From: Vicugna vicugna
Taxonomy: Eukaryota
Assembly: GCA_013265495.1 (NCBI GenBank)
Contig: MU058423.1
Span: 7,512,721 to 7,576,720 of the forward strand
DNA length: 64,000 bases
Direction: 5' to 3'
Below are positions 13,690 through 27,785 of this stretch, in pieces. The position numbers and the translations under genes were made by a program. The notes under the pieces were generated by a model that did not search any database, was not told the origin of the DNA, and worked only from the letters and a program-made list of their open reading frames with translations. The first letter of the stretch is position 1. Each line of letters begins with the position of its first letter.

Positions 13690-14036
13690 GTGATTCACTC
13701 TTTACTGAGAATAACTGTACTCTAGGAAGGAGGTAACAGGCTGATAATCTCAAAGGAATGGACAGACCCACTGGAGTTCCTCCTGAAGATGCACTGAGGT
13801 TAAGAGGAATTTAACACCCTGTAAAATGCCCTGATTGTTATCACGTTTTCTGTTCCACCTAGTTTTTCTATAAAACGTCAAGACCCCAACCCCAAGATGG
13901 GCTCACAGTCTTTACGGCATTAGCCTGTATGACTCGCTTTGCCTGGCAAGGCAATAAAGCCGCTCTTATCTTGGCTCCCCAAACTCTGCCTCTGAGTTTG
14001 ACTTTGCTTTCTGGAGTGCAGAGACCACTAACAACA
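13690..14036 (+). mobile_element. ERV LTR, 5' boundary uncertain
   Basis: TATAAAA 13869-13875, AATAAA 13953-13958, U5-like ctctgcctctgag, terminal ..aacaaca. Confidence 0.7.
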
Positions 14037-14038
14037 GG

Positions 14039-14583
14039 TGTTGTGGGACACAATGGGGCAGACCGTATGGAGACATGGTGACAATGACATGGTGAGATGG
14101 TCAAAGAATTTACCAGAGATAAAGTATAAGAAAAGGAGTTCATTAGGTTACTCTGCCTTAGACAACAGTGGGAGGTGCCTGTGTGAGTACTGGGGCAAAG
14201 AACAAGGGAAAAGTTCAATAGTTATGCTGCTATAGACAACAGTGGGCCACACAAATGTGAGGTGCCACCGAGGGCTGGTTATTGGGGTCTTTTACAAGGT
14301 AGGGTTCACAAGGTGCCTAATCGGCTTGTGCGCAAGTCTCTGGTTGGTTGTTGATGAAGTTTAGGGTCCGTGAAGGAAGGTGGGGCTGATGACTCTGAGA
14401 AGGTGGGCTGAAACAAGCCAGCCTGAGCTGTTGTGAGATTAGGCATTACCTAGGGCTATTAGTTTGTTAGGGCAAACACGCCCAGTAAAGAATGTACTTT
14501 ATCTGTTGAGGGATCACAGGGAGGCATCTGAGACCCCAGAAATGGGGGTCGTTGGACTTTGAAGGACATCAGTTGGCCCAACA
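14039..14583 (-). mobile_element. ERV solo LTR, 545 bp (orientation tentative)
   Basis: TGTTG...CAACA termini, 5-bp TSD acagg/atagg (1 mismatch), raised GC, internal repeat tagacaacagtggg at 14159 and 14233. Confidence 0.78.
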
Positions 14584-16509
14584 ATAGGCTTATTAAATCC
14601 ACTGAAAAATAGCCAGATCTGTATATCACTTCTTGGTTTTACATCATACCTGGAATATATGATCCCTGTGATTAATTTCTTTTGGAAAAATCAGGGTAAG
14701 ACATACTTGTAAAAAGACTACCCCATGGGTAACACACAGCAATAGCTGTCTGAGGAAAACCACTCTCTAGTGATAAAAGCACATTCAATTAATATGAAAG
14801 AAATCAAAGACATCTGATTATAATCATCCCTTTTGTTTCAGGTGAATGAACCACAAGTCTTTTTGTAACATATCTCTAAATCTTTAGTTTTTAAAATTCG
14901 TTCTTTATTTTTTTTCTCTATCTTTTTTTCTTTTTTTTAAAGAGAGAGAACAATCTATGTAGACAAGAGCAAATACCAGGAAATCCTTTTTTGCATCCTA
15001 AAAAGGGGGCAGAAATGGAAAGGTGGCTACTGCAGAACAGCTGAGAAGATGGAGCAAAAGAGTATTAAAGAATCAAGCACAAAAGCTGAAAGGAGGGTAT
15101 GAAAGTAACCTTTGGGAGTATGAGAGTCCTGGAATCAAGGGCCAACACTCCACTAGCACAGGACTCTAGCAAGTAAAGACTAATAAATATTACAATTGGA
15201 CCGCTCCCTGCAGGGGACCCAAAATAGGAATAGGAAGCAGAGCCCTGAGTTCGGTACCGACTTTGCCCCTCTGTAGATGGACTCTAAGCCATCACTTTGA
15301 GCTGTATTCGTCATTTGATGGATTTCAATAAAATCATGCCTCAAGAAATGCTTTAAAATGTAAATAATTTACCTGTTGCTTGCTATCTCTCAATATTTTC
15401 ACGTTTATAAGTGCAAAATATGAAGAATGGCTATCTATTTCAAAGTTGGCCTATAACATTTTTTCACTTTTTAATTTATATTAGAAATATGTAACTGCTA
15501 ATTTTGTTTCTACTCAAGTGGTATTAAAATATGACCCACATTATTCTGTTTATGCAAAGATGCAATGTATCTTCATCAACTCAGATTTTGCATCTTATTT
15601 TTTTCTTTAAAAAGCTGCTTTATTTTTTACAACCAGTTCCATGGTTGATCTAATGTATAACTAATAATTCTTTCACTTTGAAAAATATGTAACTCTTAAT
15701 ATGGAACAATTTGGGGAAAGAAAAATTATTTTTACATGACATTAACAACAGAAAAAGACTTAAAAGAGGTTTTATGGCATATGAGATTTCTGGAGTTTCT
15801 CTAGTTTTATTAGTAGATGTATATATTTTCTTTATTGTGATGAATTATTTCTCAAATATTATTGTGCTGCTGAGGCAAAATATAGATATAAACATGTAGA
15901 GTAATACATACTTAGTTTCTGCTAAATTAAGTGAAATTACTCAGTGATAAAGTATCACCATGCACAAAGATAAATTGTTTTGTATGTGTCACATGTAAAT
16001 GTTAAAGCAGCTAGTCTTCTGAATTTAACTATACATATTTAAAAAAAGTATGTGGATGTCCACTTAAGAGTTTTTAAAACATTTACATAGTCTCTTGTCT
16101 AAAACAACCCAGAAGGTTTTTTAATTGATTTAAGTGCTTTTTGCCTAATTCAGATTGGAATATTCATAGGCCAATGAATACTAAAAATTCAACATTTAAG
16201 GCACTTTCAAAATGGAAAAGGCAATCATTTTTTCTTGACAACACTAATGAATTCTACCCTAGTCCACAGTGGTACCAGGAGAGCCAAAAGCCTTCAAATC
16301 ATCCTTCAAACCTCTTTTTAAATGTTTTTCAAACCATTTACAATTGAATGAGTCATGTGGCTGTTTAAATTTCAGCACATTAATATCTTTCCAAGCTGGC
16401 CTATTTTTAAAAAATATTTCCACAGACACTTTGCTAAATTTAAATTTAGTTCCTCATTATCTCTTTTATGTACCATTGCTATAATCTTGTGAAGATCTTC
16501 CTTCGTCAA

Positions 16510-16875
16510 AGCTTACTACCTCCAATATATTCTCTACACCACTGCCAGGCAGGATTTTTTTTTTCCAGTGATCATCACATCATTTTGCTTCCCTAATTAA
16601 AACCATTTAGTGACTATTTCTCAAAGAATAAAGCGCAACATTACATACACGAGGTCCTGACTCAACTGGACCCCGCTTCCTTCTCGCCTGTCTTCTTTTA
16701 CACAGGGAGCTGTCGATACCACCACTGTGCTCTGTGTGCATTTATGGCGGGGATTACAAGATTCTACAGTACTTATTAATTCCATGATTGTGGACTCTTC
16801 TAGAATATAGTCACATTTGCATACCACTGGAGTAGGGTCTACTAAGAGATAGTCAATAAAAGCTTTATTAATCAA
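16510..16875 (+). mobile_element. L2 3' fragment
   Basis: ttctctacaccactgccag..gatcatcacatc..; ends in a degenerate L2 tail (tagtcaataaaagctttattaat). Confidence 0.55.
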
Positions 16876-19800
16876 GTAAATTAATTAAAGTATTTTCTGG
16901 GACATTTTTCATTCACTCTGGGAAGCTGTTCCAATTCTGTTGCTATTAAACTGGTGCAGAACTCATGATCAAAGCTGAAGTGGTGGACTGATCAAGGGCC
17001 AAATCTATACCTTCAAGTTGCTGGAACTAACCCTTTTCTGAACCTCAGAGCAGCAGGTTGCTATGGGACTATTTGTTGGAAAAGAAAGTAAGAAGAGACT
17101 TGAAATTTCTTTAAATCCAGTCAGTGCATGTAGTTTTTTAAATGAGTGATGATAGAAATCGATTTACTATGGTATTTATATTCCATTAGATATCTTCAAA
17201 AGTTGATATCACTCATTTTAATGTCTTATAACAAACACAGAGTGTGTTATTTTGTGTTATTCTTAATTTAAAGATAGAGAAATAGTTGATCAATTTAAAA
17301 TATGCAAGAAGATATGAAGATTTCAACTTCCTTCAAAACAGCAATAGCAAAACTCTGGAGACTACTGTCATAGACCATATAAACTAATAAAGATCTTTGA
17401 ACAGATGTTCATGTAAAGGATTAAGTTGAACTGATGATACACATAAAACACTAAACTGAACTGGTGATCAAATAGGTTATCTCCTCTAAGCAAATTGCTA
17501 AAAATCAGGTTCAAAATATAAGTATTGTTCAAAATGTAAAATTAATGTTTAAAACTTGAAAATATACTGTTATTAATTATAAGTAAGAATCTATATGTTG
17601 ATTTAAACATTAGTTGACATTTCTGATGCAAAGGAAAGGAGACAGGTTTTTTTAAGACTTCTATGTAATATCTCTGCCATTTGTATACATTTGAGCACAA
17701 ATGTATCTTTTTATTAGCATTAAATTATTAAGATGACTAGAGAAAATACATGCAAAGCACCTTATAGTTCATTTGGTAAATGGTACACATTGTTTTATTA
17801 CCTACTTACCACTACTCAAAACAGTGCTCTATGACAATTATGTAGGCAAGTTCAGTTATAAAATATTTCCCCTCTAAATCTGAGTTTTAAATACAACTAC
17901 ATAATCATTTATTCTTTTTATAAAGTTTGATAATTACATTAAACAAGTTAATTCACAGTGTATTTGGGTTTGTTTTATTATTTTCATAGGAGAATATCAA
18001 GATGCTTGTAAGCATATTAAACTATTCCTAACTTTATGACTATCTTCTTAAAATGAGGAAGCCTTTCAAATTTTATTTGAAGATTCATTGATTCATCACA
18101 TTTTAAAGAGAGAGAAAAGCTTATTCTACATTTACCTAAAGCTTAGGCAGGTATTAAAAAAAATCTAGGTATTTCATAAATTTTACTATTAAAATTGATA
18201 GAAAACCTGCAGTACAAATTCTACTCCAATTTCCAGAGGCCATGTTCTCACCAATGGGAAATTATTGGGCAGGAAAATTACATGAAATATTATGTCCAGT
18301 GGAAATTCCTTCAGGGCAAGTGAATGAAGTATTTAAATGGCCTTTTTATTCAGAGGCTTTCTATTTTTAAACTATTCCTTGGTTATACCTTAGGCCCTTC
18401 TGAAAACCCTATGAACTACTTCAGTATGTCACTGAATAGCACTTGAGAATCCCCTGAAAACAAATTTACTATCAGAGACATTCCATTTTCACAAAATTAG
18501 AAATGCTAAATATTCTTTTGATATTTATCCTGTCCAACCTTGGGTCCTTCTGAGTTATCTCCAAATAAACTCTGCTGACCAATACAAAGCAAATCAAAAA
18601 TCTGGAAGAAAGCAAAAACAAACTATCAAAATTAAACTGAACTAAAAAGGTATATGTGTATATACATATAAGTGGAGAAACTCTGAAATGAATTTTGCAT
18701 CACATTGTGGCATGCACTTTAGATTATAGTAGCCACCTGTTGGAAAATGTTTTGTATGCTTAAACAGTCTTGGACAGGAAAATGAATTATATGTTCACAA
18801 TGCAAACTTATAAAGCAACTAGAAAAAAACAAACTTGGTTTGATGGCATTAAAAGACAGCTGAATGAAAGACTTTTCACCAGTTTCCTGAACATTTTTGC
18901 CAGCATACACAAAACTGCAGTACAAATGTGCTAAATCTGGTTGTTAATCACTCATCAGGAAGGAGAGAAACATTTAAGAGTATAGTTAAAGTAAAATATC
19001 CATTTCAAGAACAAAGTAATTTAGTATTCCATCAGCCTGAAATAAAATTAACACTCTGAGATTATTATTTTTAAAATCTATAATGTCACAACTCTATAGG
19101 TGACAGGCATTTTTGATCTCGATTGACAATAATGTGTTTGGTATAATGTCTCCTAGGTTAATCATCTGAAAATATTATTTTAGGAAAAAATGCATATTAA
19201 TTTTTTAGCAAAATAATTGGAATCTAACAGGATACAAATTTTATTCTCATCAAGCTAAGTATTTTTCATGACATTATAAAATACAAAAATAGAACAATAC
19301 TCTGTTCTGAAAAACAATACTTAAAATCTTATTATTCACTCTCAAATTTTATAAACCATTGTATACTTACAATATATTTAAATAGGATCTTAGAAAATTC
19401 AGTATTGCTTATTGTTTAACTGTTTGCATTTCTAACCTCTGACCCCAACTAAAATTTTTTTACAGACTGCCTTTAAAACAAAACAGTGACTTTTTTGATC
19501 GGTTCTGGGCTAAAATTCTTAACTTCACAGAGTGATAAACATTGTTTGTTTTTTCTGAAGGAAAGAGACAAAAATAAATTTTAAAGATAGAAGTATCAGA
19601 CTTCTGAATTCTCTGTCAAATTTTAAAATGTCAACTGATACAGAAAGAAAAAAAAAAAGAAATCCAGTATTAGTTTTCAAACCCTGTTTGTTTCAAATGG
19701 AAAGATCTATTTTAAACTTGAAACTCATTGCATCCTTCACTGCAGACCTGTCTGTGACTAACACACTTGCCAGGGTTATTATTTTCACCAGAGACAGACA

Positions 19801-20119
19801 TTCAGAATGAACCACTGGGCTCATTAGAACACACAAAGCAGGGAGTATCTTTCAACAATTCATAGTAACAAATTACTAAGACCCCAGAATACCTGCTGTC
19901 TACAAATGTGAGTGAAATTCAGAGTGATCAGAAGGCATGAAATAATCAGAGCTAAGCCACGGTTTAACAGATGCTGGACTAGCAGAAGTCAGGTAACTGT
20001 CAAGAGGGAAAACAGTGAGCTACTAATTTTTCCCCCTGTCAAAGTGAAAAGGAAAAGAATTGTTAGAGTGAAATAAAGAAACATGTGGGCAAAAGAGAAT
20101 GAGAAAATATCATCAATGA

Positions 20120-20255
20120 TGTGTATGTCTGTGTGTGTGTGTGTCTGTGTGTGTGTGCATACGCGTGTCTGTGTGTGTTTGTGTGTGTGAATGAAAGAGA
20201 AGGAGGAAACAGAGCTAGAGAGAGATACAGATGGACAGAGAGAAAAGAAGAGAAA
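20120..20255. repeat. Degenerate (TG)n followed by GA-rich tract
   Basis: Visible directly. Confidence 0.9.
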
Positions 20256-21384
20256 ACGGGTGAGATCTTAAAAAAAAAAACCTCGAACACTTGTGATATA
20301 AACTTCCATGAGCATACACATGGAGTAGTGGGGCATTTACCTTCGTTCCCTTTTTTCAGTTGTTTTCTTTCTTTTGAAAATGGAAGGCTCTTAATATCAG
20401 AACAAAATCATGTGATGATATCACCACATTTGCCCCGTAACCCACTCAGGAGATATTTCATTATTTTATTCGTATAAAATGTGTGTGTATGTGTATTTCC
20501 CTGAAGGAGAGAAACTAGGGTTTTTTTCAGAAGTCATCATTTCTTTTAGTACATCGTGTTACGCTACTCAAAAGAACAGGACACTTGTCTATCACCAAAC
20601 CAAATTCACAGGGAATTTGGAGGCTAACTAGTGTGTCATCTGTAAGAGTTCTCTGAGGTCACTCAAAAAAAACCAAAAAATGACATAACCATAATCATGA
20701 TCAAGAGCCAAACCTGTCAGGACAAGATGTAAAAACATGCCACTAAGTAGCTTTTTAAACTCTTTAATAATAATAAACGATTGAACAATGATTTAGTTGA
20801 TTAAATTTAACCTAAACCTATGACAGATAATTTTCACCAAAAATGTATGTGTTAGGTGGTATTTTAGTATCTTTAATCAGTGTTTTTTGGGGGTAATATC
20901 TTTTATAGGAAAGCATAATGTGCTTATGATGAGAAGGTGAGGGTTGCAATCATAATTCTGCTGCTGACCATTCCCACATATTTTTAGAATAATCTTTATT
21001 CTACATTGTAAGCCACTTTCTCTTAAATAAAATAATTGGAATGATTCATCTTTTAGTTGCTTTTGATTTTAGATAATGTGGTATAAAATCAATCACTAGC
21101 AAAAAAATTTGCCGAAATAACCATGATGTATCACGATATAGCTGAGTGACTTTAGGCGTATCACTGAACTTCATCAATGATTAATTTCCTCCTCCAAAAT
21201 GCAGTGTTGGGACCATGATACTAATGTTTCACTCCACTCCCAAACAAATGAAAAATCTAGAATCATCCTGCCATTAACAACGTTTACTGAGGCCAGATTT
21301 TTCAACCACATTTGACGAAGAGACGACAATCAGAATGGGGAGATGGAAGGTGGTCGTGTGATTTATGTACTTATTCATACTCAT

Positions 21385-22660
21385 TCATTCATTTGCTGAG
21401 GTATAATTTACAGGCAATAAAATGTATCATTCTTAGGCGTTCAGTTACATGACTTCTGACAACTACAGACATCTATGTAACAAACACACAAATTAAAATA
21501 CAGAACATTTTGATCATCTCATTAAGTTTGCCTATGAATCCTTTCTAATCACTCTCCTTACCACATTGGCAACTGTCTTCTGACTCCTATGACTATAGAC
21601 TCGTTTTTGTTGCTCAGGAACTTAATGGAATACTGACTTACATTTCATTTTAACTTCAGCTTCTTTCTCTCAGAAAATATGTATATGAATCAGCCATGTT
21701 ATTCATTCTATATAGTTTGCTTTTATTGTCTACAGTATTCCATTATACGAATATGCCACAATTTGCCCAATATTTTCCCTTTTGATGGATATTCAAATAG
21801 TTCATAGATTGAGAATATTACAAACAAAGTTGCTCTGAACTGTCACATACAAGTCTTTGTGTGAATGTAAAGCTTTGCTCTTTCCTTTCAGATCAGTGTG
21901 CATTTCATTGATCTGTCTTGCTGCACAGCAGTGGTCTAGACTTCCAGCACACTAATGAATAGAAATGCAAGAGTGTGCATCCCAGCCTTTTTCTGATCTT
22001 TGTGAAAGAGTGGCAATGCCTCACTAGTAAGTGTGACTCAGTGTCTCACTAGTAAGTATTCATAGTACCCTTTACCAGAATGAAGAAATCCCAGGCAATC
22101 TGTGATTTAGTGACTTTTGAAATGAAGGTTTGCTAAATTGTATCAAAGTTTTACTTGATTTATTGAGAATAAATATGAGAAATATTTGTAGTTTCTCCTT
22201 TTCTCCATTGATTTGATGAATTACTTTATTTGTTAGTGTCAAGTCCAACTTGTATTCCTGGAAAAAATTCAACTTGTTCATGACATATTATCCTTTCTAG
22301 ATATTGCAGAATTCTCTTTACTATTTATTTAATTATTTGGGGTGGTAGGTTTGTTTGTTTGTTTATTTGTTTTGTTTTTTATTTAACAGAAGTACTGGGG
22401 ATCGAGCCCATGACCTTGCCACTGAGCTATACCCTCCCCACTGTATAATTCTCTTTAAAATGATTTATTTAATAATTTTTTTCCTATCTATGTTCATGGG
22501 TGGCTATGGCCCACAATACTTCTTGGAAATATTTTGTTTAATTTTGGCATTTGGCTTATGATGTCCCCATAAAATGAGTAGAGATCTGTAGATTCTGTCT
22601 CTCTTGTCTGATATAATTTAAAAGTATTATTTCTTCTCTATATTTTTACACAATTTTATG
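21385..22660 (-). mobile_element. Ancient L1M (ME/MD-like) 3' UTR and ORF2 fragments
   Basis: tgaggtataatttacaggcaataaaatg, gtattccattatacgaatatgccacaattt and cttccagcacactaatgaatagaa are antisense L1 motifs; interrupted by a SINE. Confidence 0.72.
22321..22439 (-). mobile_element. Camelid tRNA-derived SINE with internal deletion
   Basis: gtactggggatcgagccc..ccactgagctataccctcccc; TSD core aattctcttta at 22310-22320 and 22447-22457. Confidence 0.88.
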
Positions 22661-22671
22661 AGTTGAATTAT

Positions 22672-22874
22672 TACTGTGGTTTGAATTATGTCCCCACAAA
22701 ATTACTAAGTTGAAGTTCTAAACCGTAACTTCAGAATGTGACCTTACTTGGGCATAGGTACCCTGCAGATGTAATTAGTTGATCTAAGATGAAATCACAC
22801 TGGAGTAGGGTGGGCCTTTAATTCAATATGACTGGCATCCTTATAAGAAGAAGGAGACATTTGGACAAAGAAAC

Positions 22875-22906
<32 letters not shown>

Positions 22907-23169
22907 GAGTGGTAATACCATTTGAAGGTAAAAGCAGAGATAGAGGTGATGATTCTACTAGCCGGGAAACATCAAACATTGCCAGCAAATGACCAGAAGC
23001 TACGTGAGGAGTATGGCAGCACCTTCCTTCACAGCTCTCAGAAGAAACCAACCCTGCTGACCACTTGATCTTGGATCTCTAGTCTTGAGAACTGAGAGAC
23101 AAAAAGTTTCTTTGTTTAAGCCACCGAATTTGTGGTACTTTGTTACGGCAGCCCTAGGAAGCTAAGACA
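22672..23169 (+). mobile_element. MaLR solo LTR (MLT1C-like) with internal (AC)n
   Basis: tgaattatgtcccc..cagaatgtgacctta..tttaagccacc..tgtggtactttgttacggcagccctagga. Confidence 0.9.
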
Positions 23170-23454
23170 CCATAGTATATATCTAACCTTATCTCATACT
23201 CTCCTCCATATCATTTACTTTGTTTTGATCACTGGCCTCTTTGCTTCTCAAAGAATTCGTTAAGCCTCTATCCACACCATTCTTTCCATAGATACACAGC
23301 TCACATAGCTCACCATTCCAGGTCTTTTTTACTCAGAATCTCATTCTTGGTGAAGTATTACCTGACCACCCAAATATCACCTCCATCTCTAATATCTTTA
23401 TCATTAATATATCAGTTTAAACGTCTTGGGCTAAAATAGTAGTACCTTATATTT

Positions 23455-23720
23455 AATTCCATTTATAGAAATTTCTAGGAAATTCAAACTGATGCATAGA
23501 AACAGAAAAGACGTCAGTGGTTACCTGGAGAGGGAGAAAACCTGGAGAGTTGGGAGAGTCAGTATATTAAACAGTTATGAGGCAGGTTTTGAGAGTGATG
23601 TGATATGTTCATTATCATGGCTATGGTGATGATTTCACCAGTGTATGCAAATGTCAAAATTTATTGGATTTTATACCTTAACCACATGCAGTTTATTGTA
23701 TGTCTGGTATGTTCCAAAAA
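23455..23720 (+). mobile_element. L1ME-like 3' UTR fragment
   Basis: tccatttatag..tcagtggttacctgg..atgcagtttattgtatg. Confidence 0.7.
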
Positions 23721-26700
23721 CACATTTTCAAATTGTAGCAGAAAGATTGATAAAGGAGAAGGAACTATTGGGCTCAGCTGACCACTGATAGTTTGTGAGA
23801 CACCATGGTTTCTGAAAAAAGTATTGAGATGGAAATCAGAAGGAAAGTATCAGAGAGAATTTGGAAAATGATGCTAAAATTTTCAAATGCTAAAAAAAAA
23901 AAAGACTGTCTCTCCAACTCCGACCTCATCTTGTTTTTTATTCGAAAGTCATAATATATTTATACATGTGAATTTTTTAATCTGCTCAGTAATAAAGAGA
24001 AGAAACTTATTTGCACTTCAGGTTTATCTTTCCATACAAAATATAACATTTTTGAAAATTAAAGAAAAAAGGAACTGGATAAATTTAGAGCTTTTAAAAA
24101 CATTTTAGGAGATGCAATTCATAATAATCATCAATAGGTTGCAAATGTGATGTGGTACAAACAGGTTTCTGTGCATGTGCCAAGGACTCAAACATGGGAC
24201 TCTTTATAAATCATTTCCTTTCAAAAATATATTTAAAAGGATTGGGCTGCAAATTGCTGAGAGAAATATTAAACAAAAGGGGAAAAAGTGCTATACAGGA
24301 GAGTAATGTCTATAAACTTAGAAAACTCAGTATTTCTAAGCTTGATTACATACTCTGAATTGCATGCTTTTAAAGAAATTTAGAGCATATAATTAAATTG
24401 TTAAAATTTACTAGGCAAAATGATCTTGTTGATTATTGCTTCATTTTAAGTTCACAGTATCATTTTCAAGGAGAACTGAGAGTTTAAAAATAGATTCACA
24501 CTCATTTTTTTTATCATATATGTAGTTGAAAGGTTATATTTCATTTCAAATCGCCAAGAGGACCTTCCATGTGCATTTTTCCAAAGTACAGTTGTATCTC
24601 TTTGGAATTATTAGGCCCTGACAGCTATACATAAAGTTGAAATAATGGGATTTGGCATGTGAGAGCTCCTTAATCTTCTTTCATCACTATAGCTATAATA
24701 ATTGAAAATGTCAAGTTAAAATGATTGCTAGCTGCAGACATCTGTCACTTATAATCATAAAAATTTAGCAGTGATTACTAAATGTATGCATCATTTCCAA
24801 GCCTATTATAGAAAGCATAATTATTTGCAAAAGCTTAGAAAAGTGTGTATCATTTTCTAGTGATTAATAAATAATAAAATATAACAATAATTTACACAGG
24901 GAATGTAAAATGCTCCTCAACAGAGCTGAAAATAAATGGTACCACTTATCGATGTTCAAGATTATGTAACAGCATTTGAATAATTTGGGGAACTGGATAA
25001 TAAAATAAATCACAATTCTGTGAGAACTGGAAGCGGGAATCTTCTCATTCTTCCTGATCTCCAGGCACATGAATAAGAAGACAAAACAAAACTTTGACTT
25101 ATAAAAATTCTTGAAACCCAGTGAGGCCTTGTGAAAATATTTAACTTAATTTTATAATTGTTTCCAGTTACTTTGTTTTTCTGGTGCTGTGGCACATCAC
25201 ATCTTTTTGAAATTTTATATTCTTATTTTCTGATTGGTAGTGTTAAAATTGTGATTTATGTTATATTATTTGAGTTTTTATATGCAGCAAATTTTTTAAG
25301 TTTTAAAATAACTCAGTTTGTCTATAGATAGTTTTTGGTTTCTATGTGGACTATTATATGAGACTAATAGCAGTTTTATTTACTTCTAGCTTTAAAGCTT
25401 GTATTATTGTCTTCTTTTATTGTGCTAATATAGATATTCAGCACTAATTTAATTAGAAAAAGGTGATAGTGGTCATTCTTATTTTTATTTATTTCTAACA
25501 TAAAAAGAATATAGAATAAAGAGAATATTGGTTTCTTGAATACAGCATAGTGTTGGCTCTTTATTTATCCAATCTAATCATTTCTGCCTTCTACTGTGTA
25601 TTTAGACAATTTATATTTAAAGTAATTTTTATAGGTCAGATTAAAATCTATCAACTTCATAGTTATTTGCTACTTAGTCCATCTCTCTTGTGTTTTCCTC
25701 TGTCTTATTCTGCCATATTTGGGGTCTATTGAGTATTTTTATTAATGCATTTTACTATCCTTATTTGTCTATATTTTCATTATTTTATTGATATATAATT
25801 CAACTTCCATAAACTTTACTCTTTTGAAATAAAAAATTCAGTGCTTTTTTAGTTATTCAAAAAGTAGTGGAACCAACATCATTATCTAACCCAGAGCACT
25901 TTTATCCACCTGAAAGGAATCCCCACATTCATGAGCAGCCACTACCCATTTGGATACACATGCAGCCCTGAACAGCCAAGGGTCCTTCTAGATTCCTAGG
26001 AAAATGTTAAAGACATTAAAACTTCCCTAGGGAAAGCTCGTTTCTCAGCTTTTAACTTTAATTAACTTCTTGTTTACCCCAACTGTTTTCACCATGCCAG
26101 GTAGTTGTAATGGTAAACAATTACCACTGATTATTTTCAATAACCACCTCAGAGAAAAAGCTTTTTTATAATTAAGTGAGCTCTGAGTTTGGTCAAATAA
26201 AAACAAACTCTTGACAATGGGAGTTTCTAGTAAACTGCCAGATAGGTCAGATCATGAACATTCTGGGGGATGTGGCTTTTGTGGGGCTCCCAATCCCCTT
26301 TCCCCTCCAGTGGCTGCTATATGGCTGTTTTTTATGGCTCACATGATGGTGAGACTATTGATTTCAAAGCTGATGAGGATCTGGCAAGAGAGGAATTGGA
26401 ACTAGACAAGTTGAAACACCAGAGGACTCCGTACTCTTGAGAAGACTGAGTCATTCTTCTTGAGCAAATGTTTCTTAGATTGTTGTAAGAATTGGTTAAT
26501 TTCCAAATTTTTGAAACAGCTCATTTTGACTTTTTTTTTTTACAGGATTCTTACTGCTTTTACAGAGGATTAAATTCTCAGAAGTCATTATTCCACCATT
26601 CCATCTGACATCAGATCTATTACTTTCATCTCTACCTTTTTGAAAAAGGTTTAATATTTGGCCTATGGTTTACATCTGTAATTAATCAGAACTTATAATA

Positions 26701-27106
26701 AAATGAAAATATCTCTCTCCACAGATAGCATAAAGCCTTAGGACAAGATAGTCACAATTCCTCCCTCCCATTCTTTGTGCTATTGCTGTCATATTTTTAC
26801 ACTTGTATATGCAATAAACACACATTAAATTGCCACTATTCTTCATTTCATTGTGTTCTATAGAACTTTAAAAAAGTGAATTTTTAAAGTTGCTTTTGTT
26901 TATCCCATCAATGAGATGAATAAGTGCTTTCAACTCTGTGCATGGATCCACGTCTCTCTCTGATATCAATATCCCTTCTGCTGGAAGAAGTTTTTTAGTA
27001 GTTCTTGTAGGTCAGGTCTGCCTATATAATTAATTCTCTCATTTATTCTTTGTTTCAGAAGAACTTTATTTGTCCATAATTAAAAAAAATATATTCTTGC
27101 TAGGTA

Positions 27107-27250
27107 CAGGCACACCTGGAGATACTGTGAGCTCAGTTCCAGATCACCACAATGAAATGAACATAGCAATAAAACAAGTCACAGGAATTTTTTGGTTTCC
27201 CAGTGCATATAAAAGTTTGTACAAACTATACTGTGGTCTATTAAATGTGT
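27107..27250 (-). mobile_element. Tigger1 terminal fragment
   Basis: TA + caggcacacctggagatactgtg..tggtttcccagtgcatataaaag; reverse complement of the right end of the element at 35167-35641. Confidence 0.85.
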
Positions 27251-27748
27251 TCTCTCCCACCAGTTGCAATAGGATTTCACCAGTGTACTAGGACTGACAG
27301 TGTTTGTTGCCCTTTTCTTAGTAACTTATGGATTTTGATCCATGAGAGAGGTTGATAAGAAGGATCAGGCAAGCCTTTCCCAAGTTTTTCCTATGGTGAC
27401 TGCTGTTCCCCTCCCTGGGGCTTGACCATGGGTAATGCTATCTCAGGACTCTTGCTTTTCCTAATCTTTTTTTTGTGTGTGTGTGAGCACTGGAAGAGAT
27501 TTGTGAGTAGGTTTTGTCTGTAGGCTCCAGGTACTCTATATTCACTCAATAGCCTACACTCAAATCTTTAGAAATTTGTTAAAAATTTTAGCTGAACTTT
27601 TTGCTCTGCCCAGCAGTATCTGCTCTACATAAGAAAGTGTTGGCTTCCTATCTTTTTTGGAAGCATCTGTCTTTCTTCAAATCTTAGAAGAGTTAGTGAC
27701 CTCAGTTTCTCTGATGAGTTTAAGAAAAGTTCTGGATTGAAGATTGTT

Positions 27749-27785
27749 TTTGTTTGTTTGTTTGTTTGTTTGTTTGTTTGTTTTT
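27749..27785. repeat. (TTTG)n microsatellite
   Basis: About 8 perfect units. Confidence 0.95.

Noticed and set aside
13868..14235. 116-aa and 65-aa ORFs
   Set aside because: They lie across LTR sequence and show no gag/pol/env motifs.
20063..20477. 118-aa ORF (CVCVC...)
   Set aside because: Product of TG/GA microsatellite translation.
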